The notes beneath the pieces were generated by a model that worked only from the letters and a program-made list of their open reading frames with translations, had not been told where the DNA came from and searched no databases. Positions 17,580 through 27,629 of a DNA stretch of 64,000 nt are shown piece by piece (the stretch's first letter is position 1; every line of letters begins with the position of its first letter). The stretch spans positions 10,338-74,337 of the forward strand of contig CAYPMW010000003.1 in the NCBI GenBank assembly GCA_964412165.1, given 5' to 3'. Both the position numbers and the translations under genes were made by a program. This DNA comes from an uncultured Gammaproteobacteria bacterium (lineage in GTDB: Bacteria; Patescibacteriota; Microgenomatia; UBA10105).

Positions 17580-20500
17580 ATGAATAGCGAATTTAGCGTC
17601 CTGTCTGATCTGGCGGTGGGAAAAGGCATCAAACATTCCCAGCTTCTTTCCGCTATCCATAAAGAAGTCTCGAGTGAATATCAGGCGCGATACCCTGACA
17701 GAGAACAACCTAGCGTATTAGTTGATGAAACTTCGGGAGAGGTGAAATTATTTTTGGGTACGCGGGAAATCACACCAGATGAATTCCGCCCAGTGGCGAG
17801 AGATGTAGCCAGAAAAACAGTCGTTCATCTTCTTAGTCATCTCCCAACGATTCCGGAAAAACGTATGTTTTCCCAGTCCGGTTGGCTCACAAAATTCCTT
17901 TTCTGGTCATATAACGGTATGTATGCGGTATTTGTATTGGTATATTTATTACATTTTCTTGACTCTAGCTTCAGGCAAAATCTTTGGGAGGGTGCTAAAA
18001 ACGTAGGTTTTTTTAAATCATTACTTTTTCTTCTTTTCTTTCTCACGCCTATTCTATCAATCATCTCTGCATTCAAATCAAAAGTCGTGAGAACTCATCT
18101 CGCAAAATTTTTCTTCGTGCTCGAGGTACCAATCATAACGGTGATATTTTTGGCTCTAAACGTATTTAGAGACCAAAATTCAGCCATGTGGTTTTTCATT
18201 CTCATGCTCGTTTTTACTCCTATAATGTATTTCCTGTCACTTCTTAAATACAAACCTGCGTCAAAGCGCGGGTTTATAATATTTATACTAGTTCAGTTGT
18301 GGGTCATTCTAACGTCTACTTATATCGGTCTCTTACTGCTGTTTTACCTTCCCCTGATTGTTTCAACTGTATATGTCGGCTTTTTTGGGGAATTTCTTGG
18401 AGATGTTTTCTTTGCATTCGGACGAAACGGATTAGATTTTTACATGAGTAATTTATTATGGGCTTTATTTGTCTTAACCTTAGCTTTAATTGCGATCACT
18501 TTCCTTACCGTTCTCTTGTCTCTGCCATATATCGTCACGTACCTGATGGTAAAAATCTGCCGCCGAACAGAAGAAGAGGCATTAAAATACATTTCTTCCA
18601 TTCAGATACATCGATTATATGTGTATGGGGTGCTCGCGTTTATCGCCACTGTGCTCGTTTTGTCGTATCAACCCAACATCGGTCCTTATATAACAAAACT
18701 GACACAACTTAGTTCTCTCACGATCTATGATGAACAGGAGGGTTTAGCCAAGGAACTTATTCCTCATGAAAAAGAGATTAAACAAGGTCTAGAAGATATG
18801 CTCTATGCACGGAGCAGGTATCTTTTTATAAAAGATGATACGCATCTGAAAGATGGTTATGAAGAAATACTCAATTTTGATCCGGTCATTGCCTCAGTTA
18901 TTAACGACACATTTCTCACCTTAGCTCATCCGTTTGTCTACCGACAGCAAAACAGTTCTTACTCTAATGCCAATTCTATGTATGAATACATTTTTGGAAC
19001 CTCCCCATATAACAAAAGTACTCCCCGTCAAACTGAGGTAGCCAACGTTAAATTAGTTTCACGAACTACTTCGGCTACTACGGACTATGATGGCATGATC
19101 GCAACCATATCTTTTGAAGAAGAATTTACTAATAAAACTAATTGGAACCAGGAGGTGATATACGAGTTTTCGCTTGCCTCCGATGCGGTAATTTCTGAAC
19201 TTAAACTAGGTCCGAACTTGGAATTTGCAGGACTCATTGCTCCCCGAGGAGCTGCGCAAAAAACGTATCAACAAGAACTCAATCGAAGTCGCGACCCAGC
19301 GCTCCTTGAGCAGACCGGGCCGCGTCAATATAGACTCCGGGTTTTCCCTATCCCACCAAAAACCGATCCTTTGCTTATCGGTGGTAAAAATCAAAAAGTG
19401 CGTTTTACCTACCGAGTGTTGGCCGATGCGTTGGGGTACGCACTACCTGTTTTTTCCAAAAAACAAAATTTAGACGAAGCAAGTCACACTAAAACTATTA
19501 CCATTAATACCATACCTGCTTCGGTAACTACTTCAGGAAGTACTAGTTTTATAAAACCTGATGTAAATACTTTTGATCTTTGTTCAATTCGGACGATATA
19601 TTCATCGCGAACAAATTATCTTGGGCAAACGGTAAAGCTTGTCCCGCATCAAGCAAATCCACTCCTCACTGACTCATACGAATGCAGTAAAACCATTGTC
19701 CCTACTAAACTTATCACCTCACTCTCGGATAAAAAAATAGCTCTCCTCATTGACGCCTCATACTCAAACAAACATAACCCATTTGTGAAGCAGTTTAGGG
19801 AATTGGTGAAAGTCTATCCGACGCTTGTTAGCCAAAATACGGTTAATCTCTATCTTTATAATGATAAACTCAGTAGCCCGCGCTCGCTCACGGGAGATTC
19901 ACTCACTCAACTTGAGGGGATCACGTATTTTGGCAAAAATAATTGGTATGAAGTCATTGCGACGCTGAATGGAGATTATGATTTTGCCATTGTGGTAGTG
20001 GGAAACAACGTTACTCTTAGTCGAGATACCGCCACCCAGTCGGACACGACTACTATTTCGCTTAACTTTCCTTTTTACATCTACCACTTAAACGGTGAAC
20101 TCCCGAGTTACCCCAGCCAGGTAATGAATGCTCTCACCCAAAGTGGTGGAAATTCATATACGTCACTTAAAGATATTTTTACCGATGTGGTCTTGCGCGA
20201 CATTTTAGTGACGACCGATTCAAAGGTGTATCGCCCATTATCACTTTACGGAAGTATCATGGTTGATGATAAACGCGAGGTATCACTTGAAACGGATACA
20301 ACTTCCCTATCGCCATCTCCACCTGTTTCTAACTTAGCTACCAATAGTTCAGATCCACTCAGTTTTATTTATGCACGCGCTTTTATATACGACCTGATAG
20401 CTCAGTACCCCGGAGCTTTTGAAAAAAACCTCACATTTCTTGATTCGGTGCACGACTTGGCTAAAAAAACCCATATTGTGACACCCTTTTCATCACTGAT

Positions 20501-20843
20501 CGCCTTAGTTAACGCGCAGCAGATTGAAAATCTGGAAGAATTTTCTGACCAATCTGATCGTTATGAAGACACTAGCCGTTTGAGTGAATCCCAAATTCCT
20601 CCTCCAATGAACTTTCCTATGGGTAGTTTAGACTTCGTTGGCGGCTTAGCGTTTTCTCGACAATCGCCGAGTGTTATGATGGATGGAGGTGGCGAACTTG
20701 GTATTGTACCAACTGCTTCTATTGGTAATGTATTACAATTCGTCCCTTTCTTACTGGTAAATGGCTTAATAATATCAATTGGGGTGATAGTAGTTTTTGT
20801 CCGCGCTGTCCGCCATCGACGTCAGAATCTTAAAAAGATATAA
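17580..20843 (+). CDS. Large integral membrane protein with VIT domain (TIGR02921-like) and an N-terminal NusA-NTD-like domain
   Basis: About 7-8 TMs, then EVIYEFSL...APRGAAQKTY...DPALLEQTGPRQYRLRVFPIPP (VIT), IVTPFSSLIALVN, C-terminal TM plus basic tail; first ~85 aa resemble the NusA NTD. Confidence 0.8.
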   Translation: MNSEFSVLSDLAVGKGIKHSQLLSAIHKEVSSEYQARYPDREQPSVLVDETSGEVKLFLGTREITPDEFRPVARDVARKTVVHLLSHLPTIPEKRMFSQSGWLTKFLFWSYNGMYAVFVLVYLLHFLDSSFRQNLWEGAKNVGFFKSLLFLLFFLTPILSIISAFKSKVVRTHLAKFFFVLEVPIITVIFLALNVFRDQNSAMWFFILMLVFTPIMYFLSLLKYKPASKRGFIIFILVQLWVILTSTYIGLLLLFYLPLIVSTVYVGFFGEFLGDVFFAFGRNGLDFYMSNLLWALFVLTLALIAITFLTVLLSLPYIVTYLMVKICRRTEEEALKYISSIQIHRLYVYGVLAFIATVLVLSYQPNIGPYITKLTQLSSLTIYDEQEGLAKELIPHEKEIKQGLEDMLYARSRYLFIKDDTHLKDGYEEILNFDPVIASVINDTFLTLAHPFVYRQQNSSYSNANSMYEYIFGTSPYNKSTPRQTEVANVKLVSRTTSATTDYDGMIATISFEEEFTNKTNWNQEVIYEFSLASDAVISELKLGPNLEFAGLIAPRGAAQKTYQQELNRSRDPALLEQTGPRQYRLRVFPIPPKTDPLLIGGKNQKVRFTYRVLADALGYALPVFSKKQNLDEASHTKTITINTIPASVTTSGSTSFIKPDVNTFDLCSIRTIYSSRTNYLGQTVKLVPHQANPLLTDSYECSKTIVPTKLITSLSDKKIALLIDASYSNKHNPFVKQFRELVKVYPTLVSQNTVNLYLYNDKLSSPRSLTGDSLTQLEGITYFGKNNWYEVIATLNGDYDFAIVVVGNNVTLSRDTATQSDTTTISLNFPFYIYHLNGELPSYPSQVMNALTQSGGNSYTSLKDIFTDVVLRDILVTTDSKVYRPLSLYGSIMVDDKREVSLETDTTSLSPSPPVSNLATNSSDPLSFIYARAFIYDLIAQYPGAFEKNLTFLDSVHDLAKKTHIVTPFSSLIALVNAQQIENLEEFSDQSDRYEDTSRLSESQIPPPMNFPMGSLDFVGGLAFSRQSPSVMMDGGGELGIVPTASIGNVLQFVPFLLVNGLIISIGVIVVFVRAVRHRRQNLKKI

Positions 20844-20931
20844 CGGGATAACTATATTTGGATGTCACCCCGCTATAAGTAACTCCCAATTATATTTTCA
20901 GATCATGGGTTTAATTCCGAATATCAACGAA

Positions 20932-22119
20932 TCAGAATGCCGATTTTATATGATTTTGTTGCCGTAGCAAACGGTAGGCAAAAATGGCAGATAGTAGTAT
21001 GAACATACTGCCAGCAAAAAATGGTGCAGGGATATAAAATGTGATTAGGATACCTCCGATTATCGGTCCAATAATAAATGCCAGACTTTGGTAAGAAGCA
21101 TTGATCCCAAGTAATGATCCTTGTGATTTAGCATCTGTTTCTTTTGACAAAAGTGCCTGAAGTAAGGGATTTATGAATCCGTTCACGAGTGACTGAATGA
21201 CGGTGATTATCGTAAAAATTGTATAACTTCTGACAAGGAAAAAGCTGAAAAATGTAAGCACTAGACACTCAAGCATCGTGAGTAGCGCTTTTTTTTCACC
21301 TAGACGTTTCACCAGACGAGGAATAATCACAATTTGGGATATGAAACCAACCAAACCGAGAACCGTAAAATTAATTGAAATTTGAATATCAGTTAACCTC
21401 AACACGTCTCTTGCAAACGGTTGATAGACAGAAATAAACAACGAAAGTGCTACGGAATACAAAAACGAAATAAGTAGTGTCTCGCCGATGGCTTCATCAA
21501 CAAGTGCCATTCCAAGTTTTCGAATATCAAATAGTTTCCCTGGTGGTATTTCCCCCTTATGGGTGTTGGTTTCAGGCAATACAAAGCTCGTTATAAGCAA
21601 AGCAAACAGTGATATGAACGCGGCCGCGAGAAATGGCACCTGATATCCATACATCAGTGTAGCGGCTGAAATGGCCGGACCAATGGTAAACCCAAGAGCA
21701 AATGAAGCGCCGATAATCCCAAATCCTTTCGCGCGGTCGGCAGAAGCAGTAGTATCTGAAATTACTGCCGCTGCCACCGGTAAATTTCCCGCCGTTATCC
21801 CATCAAGCGCCCGGGCAATAAAAAGCCACAGTACAGATGGGGCGTATGCCATGAGTACAAATGAGCTTACTGTGCCTGCAAGCGATACGACGAGCAATGG
21901 CTTTCGTCCGTATTTATCAGATAGTCTTCCGATTACGGGGGTAGATATAAATTGGCACATCGAAAAAATGGAAAACAGTAAGCCGTATTGAAAGTACGAC
22001 AAACCTAATCTTTGACCATACCCGTAAAGGATGGGGATAATGATTCCGTACCCCAAGGCATTGACGACTGAAATCATGGCAATGACAAAAAGATTTTTAT
22101 TTCCAGTCATATTCAGCAT
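20932..22119 (-). CDS. MFS transporter (TetA/DHA1-like)
   Basis: GRLSDKYGRKP motif A, ARALDGITAG, about 12 TMs; start probably 22119 or 22110. Confidence 0.93.
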   Translation of the reverse strand: MLNMTGNKNLFVIAMISVVNALGYGIIIPILYGYGQRLGLSYFQYGLLFSIFSMCQFISTPVIGRLSDKYGRKPLLVVSLAGTVSSFVLMAYAPSVLWLFIARALDGITAGNLPVAAAVISDTTASADRAKGFGIIGASFALGFTIGPAISAATLMYGYQVPFLAAAFISLFALLITSFVLPETNTHKGEIPPGKLFDIRKLGMALVDEAIGETLLISFLYSVALSLFISVYQPFARDVLRLTDIQISINFTVLGLVGFISQIVIIPRLVKRLGEKKALLTMLECLVLTFFSFFLVRSYTIFTIITVIQSLVNGFINPLLQALLSKETDAKSQGSLLGINASYQSLAFIIGPIIGGILITFYIPAPFFAGSMFILLSAIFAYRLLRQQNHIKSAF

Positions 22120-22124
22120 GAAAA

Positions 22125-22171
22125 GAAAAAACCCCAGCCAGAAGATGCTCAACCTCGTTAGACTTGGGGTG
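22125..22171 (-). terminator. Probable intrinsic terminator downstream of the pilin genes
   Basis: Minus strand CACCCCAAGTC...GGCTGGGG followed by TTTTTT. Confidence 0.5.
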
Positions 22172-22355
22172 CTCTAAGTACTTTCAAATATTAATCGATA
22201 ACATATACTTTTGAAAACATACCATCATAATAAATTAAAAAATAGATTTATCACTAAAGCAGGGAATACTACTACAGTAAGAATAGTATACAACCCGCGA
22301 CATTCTTTACGATGGAGTAATGGAAATATACTCAGATCTTCTTACCAACACTAAT

Positions 22356-22823
22356 CTAGCGGGAAACTTGAAGCACTTCGCCATCCTCAGCGTTACAGGC
22401 CTTCACCGTCACAATATTGTTAGCGTCTGCAGCCACGGAATAATAGGTAGTAGCGGCAGATCCAGATTTCGGATCGATCGGCATGGTTTTAAGGTATGGT
22501 GAGAGCGTTGTCGAAAGATCCACACAGGTAGCTGCCGCGTCAGTGCAGATCGTATTACCCCCACTAGCGCAACTTCCCAACTGTTTTTCAGTGGTTGTGA
22601 TACCCGCCGGCAGTGCTCCATCGTTATCTACGGCATATTCATGGATGGCCGTGAGAATACTATTAATATGACTTACCCGATGAGCATTGCGTGATTGGGC
22701 AAACCGCACTGGTGGATTTAAAGCTACTATCACGCTGACTGCCAAGATAGCAATGATGGCTACCACTATCAGGAGTTCTATTAAAGTAAAGCCATATCGA
22801 CTAGTTGTTAATATTTTTTGCAT
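22356..22823 (-). CDS. Type IV pilin (major pilin paralog 2)
   Basis: GFTLIELLIVVAIIAIL class III signal; four Cys. Confidence 0.92.
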   Translation of the reverse strand: MQKILTTSRYGFTLIELLIVVAIIAILAVSVIVALNPPVRFAQSRNAHRVSHINSILTAIHEYAVDNDGALPAGITTTEKQLGSCASGGNTICTDAAATCVDLSTTLSPYLKTMPIDPKSGSAATTYYSVAADANNIVTVKACNAEDGEVLQVSR

Positions 22824-22856
22824 ACTCCTCTCAAGAAAAACTGTCTTAAAACTAAG

Positions 22857-23348
22857 TTATCTTGATACTTCAATTACACTACCACTTTCAGCTCCACAAG
22901 CCCTGACAGTCACAATGCCGTTGACAGACTTGGCTGAGTATTTGGTATAGTTGGCGCTACTGGCAAGCGACGGATCTCTGGGAATGGATTTCAGATAGTC
23001 AGCGAGTGTGGTCGACAAGTCAAGACACGCAGCTGCGGCACCACACGAATCGGCTCCAGTATCGGTATCAGCGCAAGTACCCAGTTGTTTCTCGGTTGAT
23101 GTCACACCTGCGGGTATAGATCCGTCATTATCAACTATGTACTCTTGTACTGCGGTCAATATGCTGTTGACATCGCTGTAACGTCTGGCGTTTCTCGCAT
23201 CAGCAAATCTAGCTGCAGGATTTAAAGCAACATAGACCCCGACTGAGAGGATAGCAATAATTGCAATGACTATCAGGAGTTCAATTAAGGTAAAACCTTT
23301 TGAAAATTTGGATAGATTGAGTCTTCTCATAACTACCTTTCTCCTCAC
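22857..23348 (-). CDS. Type IV pilin (major pilin paralog 1)
   Basis: GFTLIELLIVIAIIAIL class III signal; close paralog of 22356..22823. Confidence 0.92.
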   Translation of the reverse strand: MRRKVVMRRLNLSKFSKGFTLIELLIVIAIIAILSVGVYVALNPAARFADARNARRYSDVNSILTAVQEYIVDNDGSIPAGVTSTEKQLGTCADTDTGADSCGAAAACLDLSTTLADYLKSIPRDPSLASSANYTKYSAKSVNGIVTVRACGAESGSVIEVSR

Positions 23349-23364
23349 TACGAGGCTAAATGAT

Positions 23365-24762
23365 TTATTTCTTTTTACCCACTACGATAAGCAAATCATA
23401 CTCAGAATCCTTTGTCAATAGGTCACTGGATACACTCACCAAATATTCTTTTTCCAAGGCTGATTTTACTACTCTGAGAGCGTCTGGCGTGACTGTCTCT
23501 TTCCGTTGCAGTTGTGTATTTTCGTAGTCGTATCTATCTGCATTTCCGAGTGTTATTAATGTAAGTCCAATTGGCGTCAGCAGCCCTTCTACATACGCGG
23601 CTTCGCCTACTACTCCGGAGCCATTTAGAATTTGTACTTTGAGTTCATTGGATAAACTCGGCGAACTAGTCGCTTCAGGTGGAGATGCGGTAATATCGGC
23701 AGATGGAGAAGGACTTGTTGAGGGGAGTTCGGTGGTATTAATTATTTGTCCTAATGCATAAAAAACACCAAGCCCCACAACAAAAGCGAACGTTCCGGAA
23801 ACGAGTCCGAACAGGAGGTTTTTTTTATTGAATTTTGGTTGCGCTTCCTCGGTTTTATCAACTTGGGGTGTAATCGGCTCTGCCTGCTCACCTGGAGGGT
23901 TTTCATGTAAATCAGGATTTTGTAATTCTTCCCGAGGAATTTCAATTAACACATCTGCCTCATTTGCTACTGGCTGTGTTGGCGAAAGCGATAGTTTAAG
24001 ATCGATACTATCTTTGTCATTTCGGTGATGACGTTTTTGTTTTGCTATTTCCAAGATTAAGTCAAGCGATTTTTTATTTGCTTTTTCCAAAAGCGCCCCA
24101 TTTACCTCTCGGATAAATTTAGGATCATACACTAGTTTGGTTGGATCAAGACTCACTCCAAATTGAGCTTTTGCGTAGGCAAAAATTTCCTCCAGTTTAC
24201 TCGCAGTCAATTCTGAGATAGATTTAGTGTAGAGGACCCTACCACTTTGTGCGAGTACTACAAGCGATTCAAATCCGCACCAAATTATGAGATGAGGTTC
24301 TTTGACTTGCTTTGTTAGCTGAGCCAAGAGGATTGAAACCGGTTGGATGAGTGTAACGGCGAGCTTAATCTCTTTTGCTGCGTACGACAATGCATTCAGA
24401 AACTCCCACCGAATAACGGTAACTTGTATATACTCTGTCTTCTTCGCAACGTTGTCTCCTACTTTGGCCCAGTCAAAATTTGTTTCATTTATTTCCTCTG
24501 GGACTTGCGAGGCTATTGTTTTAAGAATTTTATCTCGGGTCGCCTCAGCCTTTGGTAACTCGAGCTGGATTACATAACTACTATCTTCACCCACAATCCA
24601 CTTGGCTGTCGTTATCGCAAGCTCGTTCTTGACTTTCTCTAAGGCTGTCGTTGGGTTTACGCCGTCCCAGTCAATCTCCAGTAGCCTCGAGTCTTGAGTA
24701 TCCCCACTAGTCGCATGAATTGTATTCCGGGTAATATAACAAATGGCCCCTTTTTCAAACAT
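23365..24762 (-). CDS. Membrane protein with PilM-like N-terminal region, one TM and a LytR C-terminal domain
   Basis: C-terminal VQILNGSGVVGEA...GNAD...DLLIVVGK (LytR_C); Ser/Pro linker; lies in the pilus operon. Confidence 0.75.
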   Translation of the reverse strand: MFEKGAICYITRNTIHATSGDTQDSRLLEIDWDGVNPTTALEKVKNELAITTAKWIVGEDSSYVIQLELPKAEATRDKILKTIASQVPEEINETNFDWAKVGDNVAKKTEYIQVTVIRWEFLNALSYAAKEIKLAVTLIQPVSILLAQLTKQVKEPHLIIWCGFESLVVLAQSGRVLYTKSISELTASKLEEIFAYAKAQFGVSLDPTKLVYDPKFIREVNGALLEKANKKSLDLILEIAKQKRHHRNDKDSIDLKLSLSPTQPVANEADVLIEIPREELQNPDLHENPPGEQAEPITPQVDKTEEAQPKFNKKNLLFGLVSGTFAFVVGLGVFYALGQIINTTELPSTSPSPSADITASPPEATSSPSLSNELKVQILNGSGVVGEAAYVEGLLTPIGLTLITLGNADRYDYENTQLQRKETVTPDALRVVKSALEKEYLVSVSSDLLTKDSEYDLLIVVGKKK

Positions 24763-24766
24763 AGTC

Positions 24767-25186
24767 TCAATTTGTTTCCGTCCAGCTGGTAATTCCTACT
24801 GCGTTACCGCGACTTGCAGTCACTGTAATTTTTTTAGTAAATCCATTACGATTAGCGTTTACGGAAAAATTCCAAGTAGTACCGACATTTGAATTAATAG
24901 TAACAGAACAATTGCCTTCAGGTAAAGAGATAGAAACAGGTATACTTCCAGTCTTACTCAGCTTAATGAGTGCATCTTCAACACATCCTTCGACAAAATC
25001 GAGCGTTTCCGAACTTTTTTTGGCAGCGAATGAACTTTGACTATCATTAATGGCGGTAATCGTTAAGGAAATTCCTACCACAAGTACCAATGCGCCAATT
25101 ATAAGTACCGTACTTATTGCCACGTACCCGCGAATTCGTATGTCTTTACCGGATTTAGTTTGAGCGAATTTCGGCTGATCCTTCAT
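24767..25186 (-). CDS. Minor pilin, PilX-like
   Basis: RGYVAISTVLIIGALVLVVG (lacks E5), AEG-like VEGCVEDAL, terminal ITSWTE; start uncertain. Confidence 0.75.
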   Translation of the reverse strand: MKDQPKFAQTKSGKDIRIRGYVAISTVLIIGALVLVVGISLTITAINDSQSSFAAKKSSETLDFVEGCVEDALIKLSKTGSIPVSISLPEGNCSVTINSNVGTTWNFSVNANRNGFTKKITVTASRGNAVGITSWTETN

Positions 25187-25670
25187 ACGTTCTTGATAGA
25201 TTAAACTCCTTGCGGGTCCCCAAGCTCGCATACTCAATCGTAATTGAAAAAGCAATATGTTTTGATTTTAGATCTGCCGAAGAAAGGTTTGTAAATGTCA
25301 GTCCGGTCACGCGCACTTCACTACTCGTGAGAGGCATAGTATAAGTTTCTGAATTACAATTTCCACCGCCCCAGGCTATATTCAGACGGTGGTTATTTAT
25401 AAAAATCCGCATTGGATCATGACCGGGATCAGTTGACCGCAAGCAAATCTGGGTGTTGGAAAAAGTTTGTATCCCGCTTGCGTTTCGGATTTCATAAGAC
25501 ACGCGAGCTACTGCGTGTCTTAGGTTATAGTGTACCTCCTGCTCGACATTCGATTTTGCACTGCCATATATCACATCCCATGTAAATAGAATACTGCCGG
25601 TAAGAAATATTGACAGTAGAGCAATATATATAATGAGTTCAATAAATGTAAAACCCGACTTCTGTTTCAT
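25155..25670 (-). CDS. Minor pilin, PilW-like
   Basis: SGFTFIELIIYIALL class III signal; EIRNA motif. Confidence 0.85.
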   Translation of the reverse strand: MKQKSGFTFIELIIYIALLSIFLTGSILFTWDVIYGSAKSNVEQEVHYNLRHAVARVSYEIRNASGIQTFSNTQICLRSTDPGHDPMRIFINNHRLNIAWGGGNCNSETYTMPLTSSEVRVTGLTFTNLSSADLKSKHIAFSITIEYASLGTRKEFNLSRTYEGSAEIRSN

Positions 25671-27184
25671 TGTAATTTAATGATAATGAGTTCTTCATTA
25701 TTTGCATTTCCAACAGCTACCACTCGATCTGTATTCGGATGATAAGTGACTCCACTTAAGATATCGGGTAAATCGAGTGAACCTGCATTTTGGGGCGAAC
25801 TCAGATCGACTAGGTTGATGACTTGGAACTCAGCCAAACTATTATCAGATGCCAAGTAAACCAGAGAGTTTGCGGCATGGAAGTAAATATCATTAATTAT
25901 TTGTGGAGTACCGACAGAAGAATAGGTACTTACTACATATGGTAAATTTGGATTAGAAATATTGATAGTCGCGACTTCACCATTTTCACGTCCAAGAACC
26001 AAAGTATCACCTGAACCGTCAATTGAACGACCGTTATCTGTCCCTGTTAGATCGAGAGTCGCGGAAATTGTAGGAGTCGAGGGATTGGTGATATTTACGA
26101 CCTGCAATTCCTGACTATTAATCTTGGTCGCCAAATATGCATAGTTACCTACTACAACTAAATCAAATACGTTATCAGCTGAATGTAATCCACCCACACG
26201 TGTCGGATTAGCAGGATTGGCTACATTGACAATCACCAATTCTTCTCCGACACCACCTAGACGGGATAAATATATCAGATCACCCACGCCGTAAACTCCA
26301 GTGACATCATTGTTTCTATCGGCATTAAATGTGCCAATAATCGACGGACTGGTAGGGTTTGTGATATTTACTACTGTCAGTTCTTGGTTATTCGCCGTTG
26401 ACCCAATGTATGCATAATTTCCCATGATATACAGATTGGTCGGATCACCAGGCAAGGTCAAAGTCACTACCTCAGTCGGATTAGTTGGATTAGCAATGTT
26501 TACCACAGATAAATCAGGAACACCTCCAGATCTAATAACAAACGCGTAGTCCCCCGATGTTTGTACTTTCCTGGCATTGTTATTCTTACTCATGTTTAGT
26601 CGGCCTTCGATAGTAATGATTGGCTTTCTAAAATTGGTTAAATACGTCGCCAACAAGACGTCATTAGTTCTGGTGGGAGAAAAATTCCAAGATACTTTTG
26701 ATTCTATCCTAAATGTATCCGGATCGACTGATCCTCCACCTGTGACGATATTTTGCGTACCATCACGCATCACCGGATAGACAGTAATAGTCCGGTTAAA
26801 TTTCCCGTTCGTGTTGCTTCCCGGTGTAAAACGCCAAACTCCAGTTGACAGGTCAATCGCAAATGTCCCAGACATAAGATTTGACCAGGTCATATTACGA
26901 ATAGATCTGGCTGCCTCAATCCCTTCCTGGCTGTAGGTGTGAGCAAATGACAATTCGTGTGACATGCGGTTGACGGAAAAAGAATGCACAACACTCACTA
27001 CAGCCGTGGTCGCAATGATTAAAAACAAGCTGACCGCCAAAATAATTTCTATGATCCCGAATCCGTGAATCAAATTCTTTTTTTTCCGGTTCATCTGGTA
27101 GAATAATTGAAACCACCTAGCATCATGCCCAAACGGTGCGGATGTATATATAGAAAAGCAGATACTATTTAGTAATTTTTTCAT
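25667..27184 (-). CDS. Minor pilin (PilV-like) fused to an LVIVD-repeat beta-propeller
   Basis: GFGIIEIILAV signal, QEGIEAARSIR; repeats of GNYAY...ELxVVNITNPxxP; start may be 27094. Confidence 0.85.
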   Translation of the reverse strand: MKKLLNSICFSIYTSAPFGHDARWFQLFYQMNRKKKNLIHGFGIIEIILAVSLFLIIATTAVVSVVHSFSVNRMSHELSFAHTYSQEGIEAARSIRNMTWSNLMSGTFAIDLSTGVWRFTPGSNTNGKFNRTITVYPVMRDGTQNIVTGGGSVDPDTFRIESKVSWNFSPTRTNDVLLATYLTNFRKPIITIEGRLNMSKNNNARKVQTSGDYAFVIRSGGVPDLSVVNIANPTNPTEVVTLTLPGDPTNLYIMGNYAYIGSTANNQELTVVNITNPTSPSIIGTFNADRNNDVTGVYGVGDLIYLSRLGGVGEELVIVNVANPANPTRVGGLHSADNVFDLVVVGNYAYLATKINSQELQVVNITNPSTPTISATLDLTGTDNGRSIDGSGDTLVLGRENGEVATINISNPNLPYVVSTYSSVGTPQIINDIYFHAANSLVYLASDNSLAEFQVINLVDLSSPQNAGSLDLPDILSGVTYHPNTDRVVAVGNANNEELIIIKLQ

Positions 27185-27190
27185 GGAAAC

Positions 27191-27625
27191 CTATAACGGG
27201 ATGATGGTCATGCCTCCTCCCTGATTAATATCTATTCTTATGCTTTTAAGACTGCTGGTGAGAGTCACCGACTGCACCCCGGACGGTTCACCGCGTAAGT
27301 TAAATGTGATATCCGTCAAGCCAGATAGAGTGATAGTTGAGGGAATAACCACATCTTCTTTAAATACCGGGGCGTCGCATGAAGAGCTATAGAGTCTGAC
27401 TCCTCCACCAATTACACATACACCCCAAACCGCGCCACTTTTTGAATCCATGGCATACCCTTGCGCTTTTCTCACCGTGCTTTTGAATTTGTCTATAGTA
27501 GCGTCAAAATCACCCTGGGAAAAAATTTTGGTATATATCGGGGGCATCACGGCAGCGATAATCATAAAAATCGCCAGCACCACAAGAAGTTCAATGAGTG
27601 TCACTCCTTTTTTCATCATTACCAT
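27191..27625 (-). CDS. Minor pilin, FimT/GspH-like
   Basis: KGVTLIELLVVLAIF, RKAQGYAM, ITFNLRGE; start moved to the MVMMKK region. Confidence 0.85.
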   Translation of the reverse strand: MVMMKKGVTLIELLVVLAIFMIIAAVMPPIYTKIFSQGDFDATIDKFKSTVRKAQGYAMDSKSGAVWGVCVIGGGVRLYSSSCDAPVFKEDVVIPSTITLSGLTDITFNLRGEPSGVQSVTLTSSLKSIRIDINQGGGMTIIPL

Positions 27626-27629
27626 CGAT

